A stretch of DNA of 64,000 bases from Negaprion brevirostris (taxonomy: Eukaryota): NCBI GenBank assembly GCA_030324005.1, contig JARDVH010000132.1, forward strand, positions 49,874,458 to 49,938,457, read 5' to 3'. Under the pieces are notes generated by a model, which saw only the letters and a list, made by a program, of their open reading frames with translations, ran no database searches and had not been told where the DNA came from. The translations under genes were made by a program, and so were the position numbers. This document shows positions 35,575 through 48,490 of this stretch, in pieces (within the stretch, counting starts at the first letter, position 1; every line of letters starts with the position of its first letter).

Positions 35575-35920
35575 AGGAGATGGTGGTGTAGTGGTATTGT
35601 CAATAGACAAATAATCCAGAGACTCAATGTAATACGCTGGGGACCTGGGTTCAAATCCCACCATGGCAGACAGTGAAATGTGAATCTAATAAGATCTGGA
35701 ACGAAAAGGCTAATGCTGACCATGAAACCATTGTGGATTGTCATTTAAAAAAAACCCATCTGGTTCACTAATGTCCTTAAGGGAAGGAAATCCTACCTGG
35801 CCTATATGCAACTTCAGACCCATAGCAATGTGGTTGACTCTTAACTGCCCTCAGTTCCAGGGAAATCAGTAATAGACAACAAATGTTGGCCCAATCAGCG
35901 ATGCCCAGCTTCCATGAAAA
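35575..35920 (+). mobile_element. Family B partner SINE
   Basis: Homologous to 20911-21259. Confidence 0.9.
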
Positions 35921-36069
35921 GAGAAGATATTTGGACAACAAATTTGCTCCCTGGCTATTAACTGTCCGTCTCTCGAGAAATTGTATTGGGGTGTCTGACA
36001 CCATGTGATATGGGATTAGGTCCACTGATCGGAAAACAACAATCCAACGCAGTTTCTGACTTTCGTCTC

Positions 36070-36200
36070 AGCTCTGATGAAGGCTTATTTAGACTGGAGA
36101 TTCGATTCTCTCTCCACAGATGCTGTCAGACTTGCTGAGATTTTCCAGCATTTCCTGTTGTTTCAGATTCCAGCATCCACAGTATTTTCCTTTTATATTA
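36070..36200 (+). mobile_element. Penelope pLTR fragment with a decayed hammerhead
   Basis: ctgatgaagg...ctccacagatgctgtcagacttgctgag...tttcagattccagcatc. Confidence 0.75.
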
Positions 36201-38166
36201 GAATCCAACCCAGTCTGTCAGATTGTTGTAACAATGGAACTGGTGACATCAGTCACATGCCAACAAAGTTGACTCTTAACTACATTCTGACAAGGTCTGG
36301 CAAGCTCCTCTGTTCTATAAAACTACAATTGATGATGGAAATAAACTCCAGCATTGATAGTGACACCTGAAATTAAATTACAATATACAACCATCTGAAT
36401 GGTTGACTTTGGAATTATATGAGGCTAAAAATCTGCTGATTTCAAAGTTCTACCATATTACTTGGTATAAGTCAAAACACAGTGTTGAAATTGTTTGCTG
36501 GTTGCTTCCTCAGTGATTTCTCCTCTTGCACCATTTATATATGTAAACAGGAGTTTTGCTAAATTCCCACCCAAATTACAGCAGCAGAGAGCGAGAACCG
36601 TGAACAAAGTTCCCTGAGTAGAAATCCTTGTATTATCCTGTTGTGAGCTTTGTAAACCAAACGAGAGAAAAAGCATAAGTTAACAAGATAAACATTACAC
36701 TCGCTGGCTGAATATGATGTCTTTGAAAATGGTGCATTTTCATAAACAGGGAGCAGTAGTTTGGGATTGAAAAATTGAAATGTAACTTTTAGCATTTTCT
36801 TCCAGGCTTTAGCAGTATCAAAATATAATCTGGCAAAACGCTACCATAATTGTCTCAGGGTCGCCTCTAATGGAGCATTAGTTCTTTCGCAGTAAATTGG
36901 TCGAATGGTAGTAATTTAATTGTTTCTAGTTTAGTTTAACAATCTCAGAGTTAGCCATGTAGAACCTGGTTTTCATTAATCTGTGCTATTTGACAATGCA
37001 GGAGGAACAGCAAAATATTCTTCAGTTCAGTTGCACTCAATACTCATGAATAATACAAATGTATTTTAAATTTCTTTAAATTCATATCTGTTACAGATAG
37101 GAGGGGATTAAATTTAAGCCTGCCCCAATTTCTCCACTCACCACCCATCTGTAAACAGAGAGGTTTTTTTGAGTTACTTCCCCCATTATAAGCAGTGGTA
37201 TGTATCCCAATCCACAGTTTATTCTGATCCAATTTCCTATTCATAACCCTGCAGCAAGCTTGAGATAGGATGAACTCAACGGGTTAGTTTATTTGCATAC
37301 ATTCAAACCACACATGGAGGGTGGCAATATTGCCTCCTTTGCATTCATACAGTAAAAGAGGGATAGAGAAAAGAATGATTTATAGTACAGAGACCACAGA
37401 GAAAAGAATATTGTTTCAGAGTTCAGACTCATAGCACAATGAGGTATTCCTCCATGAATGTCAGCAAGCCAAAATCTAATGTTGTAAATACACAATGAGA
37501 TAAGCACACAGAGGTGGATCAGTCTGTAGGTGATGCTACATGTACTCCAATGGAAACAGTGTATACGTGGCCAGGTATTTACTCTGGGTAGAGCTCCTAT
37601 TCAGTGTTTCTGCAGTTAGATATTAAATGACAAACNNNNNNNNNNAAACTGAGGTTTTCCAGTCTACAAGACAACTTTGCTGATTACACAAGCTAGAAAT
37701 CCATGTCAAATGACTCCCACCTCTTCCCAGTGTCTTTGACTGGATGTGTATCTTCGGCCTGGATTCCCAAGCTAGTTAAATATCTAAATTATTAAGAATT
37801 GAAAGAAGGTAATAGGCCCTTTGTCCCAGCAGGTGTTAACACAGGTTGGCCAACCTGTGCCATTGAATGCAGGTGGTCTTTGTATAGCTGTTTTTGAATT
37901 TGTTCCGTGCTGCCACAATGAGTCATTAAAGTCTCCTCAGAGATAACAAGGCGGCAGTTTCTTTGAAACTGCCAGATCACCCCATTTTGTTCAGGGGTTG
38001 CAGACAGACAAAGAATCAGCCATTTAAAAATATCTTTGTTCAGTTTTTAAGATTTTAGAAAGAACCATGAGGATATCTATTTGTATTTTATAAAAATAAT
38101 AGTGTGAGGCTCTTAGACCCTTCACACATAAGTAATAATAACTAATTATTTTTTGTTTCTTTCTAG

Positions 38167-38370
38167 AAAATGAAGTGTTTCTCCTTTTCAATAAATCACA
38201 AGCAAACCAGAAATCTTACAAGTATTATACAGCCACAATTCCACTGAAGATCTGTAAAAAGGGACAGGATATTAACAGCATTGAAGCAAACTGGCTAGAG
38301 CATATGACGCAACACTTTACAAAGGGAGCCTTGTTGGTGGATGCTCTGATTTGTCTGGGAACGCCAACTG
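38167..38370 (+). CDS. RFTN1: Raftlin coding exon, 204 nt (NEVFLLFNKSQANQKSYKYYTATIPLKICKKGQDINSIEANWLEHMTQHFTKGALLVDALICLGTPT)
   Basis: tttctAG acceptor, g|GTACAT donor; conserved raftlin motif ANWLEHM.HF.KG. Confidence 0.95.
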
Positions 38371-38777
38371 GTACATATGAAAATTTTAATTAGCTTTGTT
38401 TTCTAATGCTAGATAAGGATATATTATTACGCTTTGATCTAATGTGGCTGACATGGTATATTATTGATGTAAGTTCCGAGCGGAATATATGTAAGACCAA
38501 TTTCGTAAACTGTTGCCTTACAGGAGAGCTCTGTCAAACGTAAAGCCTGGTAAAATAATTTAGCTCCAAATTCATTTAGAAAGTCAATGGCTTCTGTTCT
38601 GTAAACTTTATCTGCTAGACGACTCGTTGTTGGTAAATTGCAATACTCCTTCGCTGTTTTGGTCTAATCCTGAGATACTTCTTTCACTGTCTCCAACAGA
38701 ATATTCCAGTTTAAAAATCAAATTTCTAATTCCACCAAATTACAGAGACACACACTGAAAATCTCAGACCTTGTTCG

Positions 38778-38890
38778 TGGCTGGGATTCTCCAGTATAGT
38801 TGAAAGAGAATGGTGTTTTGGCTGGAATGCCAAATTCTCCGTTTTCACTTGCAGCGGGCCAGACTCGGACACGATTGGAGAATACCTCCG
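38778..38890. mobile_element. MITE
   Basis: ggctgggattctcc...ggagaata; core is the reverse complement of 57668-57745. Confidence 0.6.
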
Positions 38891-40129
38891 ATTTTAAAAA
38901 AAACTTTAAGCTATATTTATGTATCATTGGAGATATTAATCTGTCAGTTGGATACAACAAAGACATTGTACAATTTTTGTTCTAAATGTTTTTGCCAGGC
39001 TTAGCATCTCAGACTAGTCCTGTGAGACAATCACCCTTGCTCCCTGCAACCAGTAGTGTATTTTGCCTGCTCAATGTCTAAGTCCTTTGTACTGATGCCA
39101 GAGATTGGGAGAAAACCTCCTTATTTATTTTGACAGACTCACTACATCGTGTGCCCTTGTGATCTTTTTCAATTTCAGAAGATGGTAGAATAAACACTTG
39201 TTCAGTCTGTGCCATGATTTACTAAGTAGTCATTCAATAAATAAACAGAAGCAATGACATTCTGTACATATACAGTCGTTTAAGATCTGCTGAGCCTCCT
39301 AAAAATAAATTGTGATGATAAACTGCAACATTAACTGGACAGTCACAAGGAGAAAGATTTACACAGGCACTGCTGTGTGGAAACAGAATAGTTCTGTCCG
39401 AAAATTGGTGGGAAAAAGCTTATCCATCAGTTCAGCTCCCACTCCAGCAAAAGTATATTCTGAACTGAAAAGACTTAATAAATGCTACATTGTTTTGGTA
39501 TGAGAGCTCTTGCTTTGGGTGTTTTTCCCTACACTACCATTGTTGGGCCTAATTTGCTTTGACTGTTCTTTATTTTTATATTTATTCATGGGATTTGGGC
39601 AGCTTTGACAAAGTCAGGACTTACTGCTCATCCCTAGGTGCTCTTGTGAAAGTGATGGCAAATCTCGGTTAGTGTGGACTCTTTGAAAGAGCACTCCACT
39701 TCATTCCATTTCCCCTGCTCTTTCCCTGTACTTTAATCAGACGTATTTCATTCCAATGCTTCAATTACAATTCTGTGTAGTACTGTACACTCTTAACCCA
39801 AGTGAAAACATAAAGACCATATGAACAACCTTTGGCCAATTGCAAAAAAAATGTGTTGTTTTCTCTGAGTTACCAAATTCAAAGAAACAGAATACCATTG
39901 GATCTTTTGGACATTCATAATCACTGTGATTAAAGAGCCATTATTTTAATTCACTGTGACTACTTCTCCAGGAATTCTCACCTTGAAGGAGTTCTGCCCT
40001 GCCCTCCTACAGGACCTCCATTTGTCGCTTTCACCTTGTTCACCTTCATTGCTTTCTTTTTCCATTCTCACGTTTGATCAGGTACCTACCAGGAACGTTC
40101 TTCTTGCAGTTTAACATTCACTGCTCACA

Positions 40130-40775
40130 ATATGGCCCCCTCTAGGAGATCAGTCCACAAACATGAATCTAAACTTCCTAGCCTACCTTTTCAATCCATG
40201 ACCTTGCTCCACTCTTGACCTTTCTGCCCTAGGCCTGCTGGAGTGTAACCAGTGGTTCAATACAAACTTGAGGAACCTCTTTCAAGTGGACAGTTTAAAG
40301 CCTTCTAGAATTGACTTGGACATCCACAATTTTAGATCATACCCTCTGCCTCACTTTGTTTTGTGCTCTTTGTTGATCCGGGTTTGCTTGGAATGCTTTC
40401 TTAATCCCTTCACTTTCCATATGGATGGCTATCATCCCACTAATCTCACCTGATATAGCTACACCTTTCGTTAGTTTACTTGTCATATTATCACTACGTT
40501 TGGTGAAATCTTTTGTCATTAACCTCTCCTGCCTCCTACCTTCCCCCCACCTGCCCCCAACCCTCTTCTTCACCCCACATCTCCCACTTTTTGTTGCTCC
40601 AAATCCATTACTTTCACACTTTTCTCAATTCTGATGAAGGGTCATGGACCTGAAATGTTAACTCTGGTTCTTCCTCCACAGGTGCTAACTGACTTGTTGA
40701 GAATTTCCAAACTTTTTCCGTTATTTCAGATTTCCAGCATCTGCAGCAATTCTGCTTTTTTGCTGTTTTATTATG
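40130..40775 (+). mobile_element. Penelope-like 3' fragment with a hammerhead-like motif at 40631-40660
   Basis: DLSALGLLEC-like GIY-YIG remnant; ctgatgaagggtcatggacctgaaatgttaac; pLTR tail. Confidence 0.8.
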
Positions 40776-40807
40776 GCAATAGACAACAAAATTTTAAAAA
40801 GGAACAG

Positions 40808-40935
40808 TGGCCAGAATTTTATGGTCCCCCTCGCACTGCAGGACATTACAGCTCTGCCAAAGTAAACGGCAATTTAAATGACCTGCTGCAGGCACCCGGG
40901 AGAGACACACTGTGATAGGAGTGTAAAATCCTGGC
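40808..40935. mobile_element. MITE
   Basis: ggccagaatttta...taaaatcctggct inverted termini. Confidence 0.7.
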
Positions 40936-41029
40936 TAGTATTTCTGGTTGTGGTGGTAAACTTTTCATCTCTTTATTAGTACTGCAAATGTCAGCTAAGT
41001 AAGCAGAAATATGTTTCATGTTTGAACAG

Positions 41030-41136
41030 ATACAGTACCAAAATCAGTGGATGGGCTCTTTATCTTTGAAGGAGTTTCTGAGGACAAGTGTGAAAGCTAT
41101 GATGCCATAGTTGTGGAGCAGTGGACAGTGATTAAT
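41030..41136 (+). CDS. RFTN1: Raftlin coding exon, 107 nt (DTVPKSVDGLFIFEGVSEDKCESYDAIVVEQWTVIN)
   Basis: aacAG acceptor, aat|GTAAGT donor; raftlin motifs DG.FIFE and YDAIVVEQWTV. Confidence 0.95.
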
Positions 41137-41296
41137 GTAAGTATCAGTGCAGGAACCTGTATGGGTCCCTGCATTACAAACATTTGTACCCAATGTGTGG
41201 AACATACTGCACATATGTTATCAGCTGATAATTCAGCAGCTTTATTAATAAGTGAAATATATCTTCAACCAATCAAGATATCGTTTGCAACAGATT

Positions 41297-42025
41297 ATCA
41301 TAGAATTACAGAATGGTTACAGCACAGAAAGAGCCCATTGAGCCCATGCCTGTTCTATGTTCTAAGAACAATTTAGATGATTCCACTCCCTTACCTTTCT
41401 CATTTGCCCTGCAATTTCTTTCTCTGTAGTTGCTTATCCAATTCTCCTTTGAAAGTCCAGATTGAATCTGCCTCCACTGTCCACTCAGGCAATATATTCC
41501 AGATCCTAAGCACTCACAATGTAAGAAGCATTTCCATCATCTCGTTTTGGGTTCTTTTACCAATCACGTCACTCCTGTGTCCTTATATCCTTGACCCTTC
41601 CACAAATGTGAACAATTTCCCTCTATCAACTCCTTCTAGACTGCTGATGATTTTGAACACTTCTATCAATCTTTTCCCCCCAACAAGAAAAACCTCAGCT
41701 TCTCCATGAAACTGGAGTTCTTCATCCTTTGGACCATTCTTGTAAACTTTTTCTACATCCTCTCTGAAACCTTCACATTCTTTCTTAAGTGTGGTGTCCA
41801 GAATTGAACACTACTCCACTGGGGCCCAAACCATTGTCTAATAGAGGTTAATCATAATTCCTCACTTTTGTACTTTATGAGTTTAGTTATAAAGCCCATA
41901 ATCCCACATGCATTTTAACCACTTTCTCAACATGTCCTTCCCCCTTCAATGGTTTGTGCGCCCCAAGATTTATTTGCTGCACCCACTTTAGAATTATACC
42001 TTTCATTTTAAATTTCCTCTCCCTG
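41297..42025 (-). mobile_element. CR1/HER1 3' fragment
   Basis: atcatagaattacagaatggttacagcacagaaagagcc tail; ccagaattgaacact (reverse complement encodes CVQFW-like). Confidence 0.85.
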
Positions 42026-42353
42026 GCCTCCATACTATCACATCCAGTCACGGCATGTTACATTAAAACTTTTAAAACACAAAGTATACTCAAATGTGGA
42101 ACCTCCTTGATCTGATTTTTCTTTTTCCAGTGGACAATGTGGGCTGGAAAAGAAGGTCACTTGATTCTCAAGGTGAACATTACACATCTGCAACTACAGG
42201 AGCCACCACCCTTCTTCTGAAACCATCTAAAAATAGCATTTCCTGACTTGAATGGGTCATTTGAAAACCAACACAGTGATTATCTCAAGCCCCCAGAGTA
42301 CAAGCAATAATTCAGGTTATGGTAATCAACTTAAGCTCAACACCATACTTTCA

Positions 42354-42660
42354 GTGGCATGGTGGCACAATGATTAGCACTGCTGCCCCACAGCACCAGG
42401 GATCTGGGTTCCCAGCTTGGGTCACTGTCTGTGCGGAGTCTGCATGTTCTCCCCCGTCTATGTGTGTTTCCTCCGAGTGATCCAGTTTCCTCCCACAATC
42501 TGAAAGACTTACTGGTTAGATGCATTAGCCATGCTAAATTCTCCCTCAGTGTACCCCAACAAGTGCCAGAGTTTGGAGACTAGGGGCTTTTCACAGTAAC
42601 TTCATTGCAGTGTTAATGTAAGCCTACTTGTGACAGCAATAAAAATAAACTTAAACTTTA
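42354..42660 (+). mobile_element. Full-length HE1 V-SINE with tail B
   Basis: tRNA head and V-domain, then gactaggggcttttcacagtaacttcattgcagtgttaatgtaagcctacttgtgacagcaataaa. Confidence 0.93.
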
Positions 42661-43099
42661 TGAGAGCTATGAGAAACCACATGTCAAGTCAGCCAAGTTA
42701 GTTTTTGAATTTAAAATCTTTAAGTGCTCTCCATAGGACAACACAACAACTGCAGAAACACCAGCAGCAGAAAGTGTAGCAACAGTTAATGACAGTAAGA
42801 TTGTAAGCTCCCAAGTGTGTTACTTTTCAAACCCACTGATACAGAAAAATGACCTCCTGGTAAGAAGAATATAAGTAATTAACCTTGTGTCCTCCAGAAA
42901 GTCAATTTCTTTCAGAAAATCCTGCAAGAATTTTGATTTTTGATTTCAGCTACTGCATCCATCTAACTTACACTTAAAAAATGAAAACTTTCTTCAGTAG
43001 GCCTGCATCATGTTTTTCAAAATGAGCCAATCATTTGATTTATGACCGATTCCTTTGTTTCTAATTGTAAAAGTCCACTTCCCCTTTAAGTGTCTTTTC

Positions 43100-43140
43100 T
43101 GTGTGCGTGTGTGTGCATGCGTGTGTGTATGTGTGTGTGT
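43100..43140. repeat. Imperfect (TG)n microsatellite
   Basis: Directly visible. Confidence 0.9.
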
Positions 43141-43323
43141 AATTGTTAGGACGGCTGTCAAGGGGTCAGGTGATCTTTGCAACTTCAACACAAACTATCA
43201 AGTGTCGAGAAAATCCTTGAATAATAATTGGATGTGCCGAGATTGCATTCGTCTGTGGAATTTATATCTGCCATTGTTTGAAGCTTGCTCCAAAACACAG
43301 AGTTAATGAACTCCTAGGCTCCA

Positions 43324-43580
43324 TGGCCAGAATTTTATTGTACTTCCTGCCATGGGGATTGAAGTGGGTGAGGGGCAGACCATGGAAAGGTCTGTTGATA
43401 TCAGGCAGGATTTTACGGTTTCAGGATGAGGAAGGCTGAAAATCCCACACCATGGCTGGAATTTTACGGGACTCCCAGCCAGATTCCGGGGGCGGGTGAG
43501 GCTTGGAGAACAGCATTGTCCAATGGCCTCTGGTGGGATCTTATGAACCTCAGGTGGACGTGCTGGTAAAGTTCCGCCCC
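43324..43580. mobile_element. Two tandem MITEs of about 130 bp
   Basis: cat|ggccagaatttta...aaaatcccacac|cat|ggctggaatttta...taaagttccgccc|cac. Confidence 0.75.
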
Positions 43581-44619
43581 ACGTCTCTGGATTTGTAGTG
43601 CATCAAAGGAAAACTGATGAGACCAGTCATCCATAAATTAAGTGTCAAAGACCACCATCTACTTTCTAGCAAATATCAATGACCATTGATCATGTGACTG
43701 AAACTGATTCTTGATACTGAAATCTTTTTATCCCAAAACTCAGNNNNNNNNGGCGGGGGGTACGGTTGGGGGGCAGGCGTCGTTCAATCTGCAGAATAAC
43801 ACTGACAAGACAAACAGCTGCAGGAAAAGGCTGTGCCATCTCTGTGTCCTAAGAACTGAAAAGCTTAAAAGTATTTAAAAATATTTCCCAGCCTGATTCC
43901 AAAGCTCTGAATTAATCTGTAAAGAAATTGGACCTCCTGATACAACAACCTTGAGTGCCAGATTTCATGACCTGCTGAACATTCTTCTCTTCAAAGGAAT
44001 CCTGCGATAATTCTGATATCTGACCCTCAGCCATCTGAATTTACCTTAACGACAGTCTAAGAGTGATAAAAGCTTTCTTCTTCACTGGAATCACCAAAAC
44101 ACATGAACTGTTAACTATTATTTTGGTTTATATTTGTAGAAGTGCACTGTCTTTTTAATGTATCTTTCTTGAATGTGTGGTGTGTGACTGACATAGCTTA
44201 GATCTTTCAGAGTGATGTTTGGGAAGAAATAATCTTCTTCGTTTAAACCCAGGAAAGTCTGCTGCTGAGACATTTTAAATTGACTACACAGTAACAGGGA
44301 TTCAGAAACACACACACACATGCACCTTTTCAAGATAAACCACAACGGCTATGGATAGAATGGAAGGGAATTGAGGGTTTCAGCTCATCTCTCCCCGCCG
44401 TTCGTAACAGTGAGGTAACATTACATTTTCTGGGTGAATGCATGAATAAATGTTTCTCTTTATTGAAAAGCTGGTTATCTAAATTGTCCACACCCCCAGA
44501 TTAATTAACAAACCTTTCTTTCTTTAAAAGAAACACAATTATGGACAGTAGAGAAGGGACAATAGGGTTTTCAGTGCTTCTATATTATCCTCTCTGTAAT
44601 GCTACTAATATAATCTCAG

Positions 44620-45072
44620 TTCATGGAATCCCAACAGTACAAAAGCAGGCCATTCGGCCCATTGATTCCACACTGACCACAATCCCATACAGGCCCTAAT
44701 CCCATAACCCCACATATTTACCCTGCTAATCCCCCTGACACTAGGGTCAATTTAGCATGGCCAATCAACCTAACCTGCACANNNNNNNNNNNNNNNNNNN
44801 NNNNNNNNNNNNNNNNNNNNNNNNNNNNNNNNNNNNNNNNNNNNNNNNNNNNNNNNNNNNNNNNNNNNNNNNNNNNNNNNNAATTTTAGCATGGCCAATC
44901 AACCTAACCTGCACATCTTTGGACTGTGGGAGGAAACCAGAGCACCCGGAGGAAACCCACGCATTCACAGGGAGAATGTGTAAACTCCACACAGACAGTG
45001 ACCAAGGCCGGAATTGAACCCAGGTCCCTGGCACTGTGAGGCAGCAGTGCTAACCACTGTGCCACCATGCTG
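44620..45072 (-). mobile_element. HE1 V-SINE spanning a gap
   Basis: HE1 sequence on both sides, with a duplicated overlap of about 35 bp. Confidence 0.92.
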
Positions 45073-45804
45073 CCCACTTCTCTGCCACCTGTCCACCTTT
45101 TCATCCAGCATGTTTGTGCCTTGTTAAAGTCTGTCCCTAGCCTCCTAATCATTCACAGTACTTACAAATTTTCAGCTGATTTTAAATTTTGAAATTGTGA
45201 CCTATACACCCAATATCAGGTCATTAATATAGACTAAGAAAAACAGTAGTCCTTATACTAATTCCACTGCATACTACACCACAATTAATTTCCCCTTCTG
45301 AAAAACAACCTTTTGTCATTATTCTTTGATTCCTGTCATTCACCCTAACTCATAACCAGTTATTCCTTTTATTCCATGGGCTTGACTTATTGATCTCCCC
45401 TGGCATTGAACACAGTAAATTAGGAAAAATTGTGACTACATTCTTTCTTGCCCCTTGTTTGTCTTGTTGTTTGTCTCACTCTTTGCTCTTCAGCCTCTTT
45501 CTCATCTTTTTCTCTCCTATTTACTCTTATTTTACTTCATTCTCTTTCAATCCCTCAATTTATTTTGGGCGTGAGTTGCTGAGTAAACATATCCTAACTT
45601 GTATCAACTCCCATTCACACACCATGCCTGTGCCCACATTTGGTTCCTGGTTCATCAGCACCTCTAATTTCCTATTAGACTGTGTAGAAATCCATGACTT
45701 TCCCCCTCTCCATTATCGTAATGCTCTCCAGCTCCACATGCTTTGAAAATTCTGGATTCCTCCCGTTTACCAACTTGTGTTGCCTTGACTTCCTTCATCT
45801 ATGC

Positions 45805-46146
45805 CTCTCATCATAAATGAGGGGCATAGATCAGATAAATAATCAATATCTTTTCCCAAAGGTAGAGGAGTCTAAAACCAGAGTGCATAGGTTTAAGGTG
45901 AGAGGGGAGAGATACAAAAGTGTCCAGAGGGGCAATTTTTGCACATAAAAGGTGGTGAGTGTCTGGAACAAGTTGCCAAAGGTAATAGTAGAAGCGAGTG
46001 CATTTTTGTCTTTTAAAAAGCTTTTAGATAGTTACATGGATATGATGGGTATAGAGGGATATGGGCCAAATACGAGCGATTGGGATTAACTTAGGTCCCT
46101 GGCGCTGTGAGGCAGCAGTGCTAACCAGTGTGCCACCGTGCCGCCT
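45805..46146 (+). mobile_element. CR1 3' fragment fused to an antisense HE1 head (46093-46146)
   Basis: Close to 52080-52350; switches abruptly to ggtccctggcgctgtgaggcagcagtgctaacc. Confidence 0.85.
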
Positions 46147-48164
46147 CCAATGGTACAAATATGGCTCTTAATACTTTAGGTTAGTCTTCAAAAGATAAAA
46201 CTTTCTCCTGCTTATAGCTTTTCAGTTTTAAGGTTTTCAGTAAAGTAATGTAAAAAACTGAAGTTTAAATGGAAAAATCACAGTATATGATATTGGAGAC
46301 AAAATCACTCNNNNNNNNNNNNNNNNNNNNNNNNNNNNNNNNNNNNNNNNNNNNNNNNNNNNNNNNNNNNNNNNNNNNNNNNNNNNNNNNNNNNNNNNNN
46401 NNNNNNNNNNNNNNNNNNNNNNNNNNNNNNNNNNNNNNNNNNNNNNNNNNNNNNNNNNNNNNNNNNNNNNNNNNNNNNNNNNNNNNNNNNNNNNNNNNNN
46501 NNNNNNNNNNNNNNNNNNNNNNNNNNNNNNNNNNNNNNNNNNNCAGCTACCGTATTTAAATAACTAAGTTTTTATTTATATGCAGTGACATAGTCTGAAT
46601 AAAATATTATCTGGGTGAATGTGCTTATTCAGAGCATTAGTATGGTGCAGATATTGTTTAGAAACTGCCTTTATTGTTTGTAAAGTTCAGTTGGAAATTT
46701 TAAAATACAAGGAATGTGTTCACATATTAATATTATACAAGCAAATCTATTTAGACTAATATTAATGCTCCCGTAATTTCCTGGCTCCCCAGTGTTGGGA
46801 TTTGAGGGGTATCCCAAAGATGCTCTGGGGAATCCCTATTGGAAGTCTCAAGGTAAGGGTTTATGTGACAATTAGCTAGAAGTGCTAACTTCCTCNNNNN
46901 NNNNNTCCGGCAATTGTCCAGAAGGGACTAACTTCCTCTGGACATTTGTGCTGGGCTGGGGACTATGCAACAAAGTGATTTAAACCTCCACCTTCGGATG
47001 GTTCGAGTAGCTCCAGCCAATGGAGGTTTCAACAAAGTTTCCCAGAGCAGTTAAGTGCGCTTTAAACTCTTGCAATTTCAGCTGGGCAGCACTTTACACC
47101 ACTGAGTGTAAGTTATAGTCATTGTTTATATGTATGAATACAACATTAAAACAATGCAAGCAATTATTAAACTTAATCAGTCTAAAAATACAAACTATTG
47201 TTTTAATTCATAGTCCAAATGTGACAACTGTTTATGGATCATCGTGTGAAGTCAGATACATATTGTATGTCAAATTTTCCAATTGTCAATCCTTCATTTA
47301 TTGTTAATATCTATCACTTTTGGTCTGAATCACTTCACAGTAGTTAAATGGGTTACCTTGAGGAATAATTTCAGTCTAATGGGGTTGACTGGCAGGGGGT
47401 GGTTAGATCTGTCGCATGTGATGTTTAAAATTGCTAACTGTGGTTATTTTATGTAGGTCATGTGAAGGTAAAAGCTGCACGCTTTCAGACAATGTGAATA
47501 ATTAATAACGTGTTTTGTGCGAGTGCAGTACTCAGAAAGTTAGGCATTGGTTCAGCAATGTAAAGTGGCTATTTTGCAAACCACAATGAGCTTCCTGTTT
47601 TGACACAAACGGTCTGCACGTGTATCTGCAGTAAATACAATGGAACCATAGTTACTTGTAATCATATTCTTTCTGTTAAAAACTGAACTTGCTGGAAACA
47701 AATGGTGCTAAGAACTGGAACTTATGCAGTACAAATTGTTAAAGGATTAAAATCTGCAGAGCAAGCATTCATCCATTATTGTCCACATGAAATAGCACCA
47801 ACTCAGTCAGCAAATGAAGGATCAGAAATACATGATAATATCATGTCACATGGCCTCTGCTCCTGGAATTCAATATGAATCTTTTCTCCCTCGTCCGTAC
47901 TCTTCAGGCTACTTCTCCTGTCATCATCTGACCGTGCATTCAATTATATCATGCCTGAAAGTAAAACAGAATAGGAACGTGGATATTACATTCACTTTCA
48001 CACATGAACATGTCTACATACCAAGGCACACATTCATGCAAATGTACACACACACATACACAAATGACTATGTACAAATGACTATGTATTTACATATATA
48101 TAAAACTTTCGGAGTTCAAGTTCAGCTTCTTTGGAATAACTAAAAGAGCAATTCTTAAAGCAAT

Positions 48165-48490
48165 TGGAGTTGGAGTTTAGAAGGATGAGGGGGGATCTTA
48201 TAGAGACATGAAAGATAATGAAAGGGATGGATAGGGTAGAGGTAGAGAGGTTCTTCCCGCTTAGAAAGGATAGCAGGACAAGAGGGCACAGCCTCAAGAC
48301 AAGNNNNNNNNNNNNNNNNNNNNNNNNNNNNNNNNNNNNNNNNNNNNNNNNNNNNNNNNNNNNNNNNNNNNNNNNNNNNNNNNNNNNNNNNNNNNNNNNN
48401 NNNAGATCAGCCATGATCTTATTGAATGACGGGGCAGGCTCAAAGGGCTAGATGGCCTACTCCTGCTCCTATTTCTTATGCTCTTACGTA
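48165..48490 (+). mobile_element. CR1 3' end
   Basis: RMRGDLIE, TRGHSLK; CR1 tail. Confidence 0.9.

Noticed and set aside
44745-44915. Apparent tandem duplication inside HE1
   Set aside because: The duplicate sits on either side of a 100-N gap, so it is probably an unmerged contig overlap.
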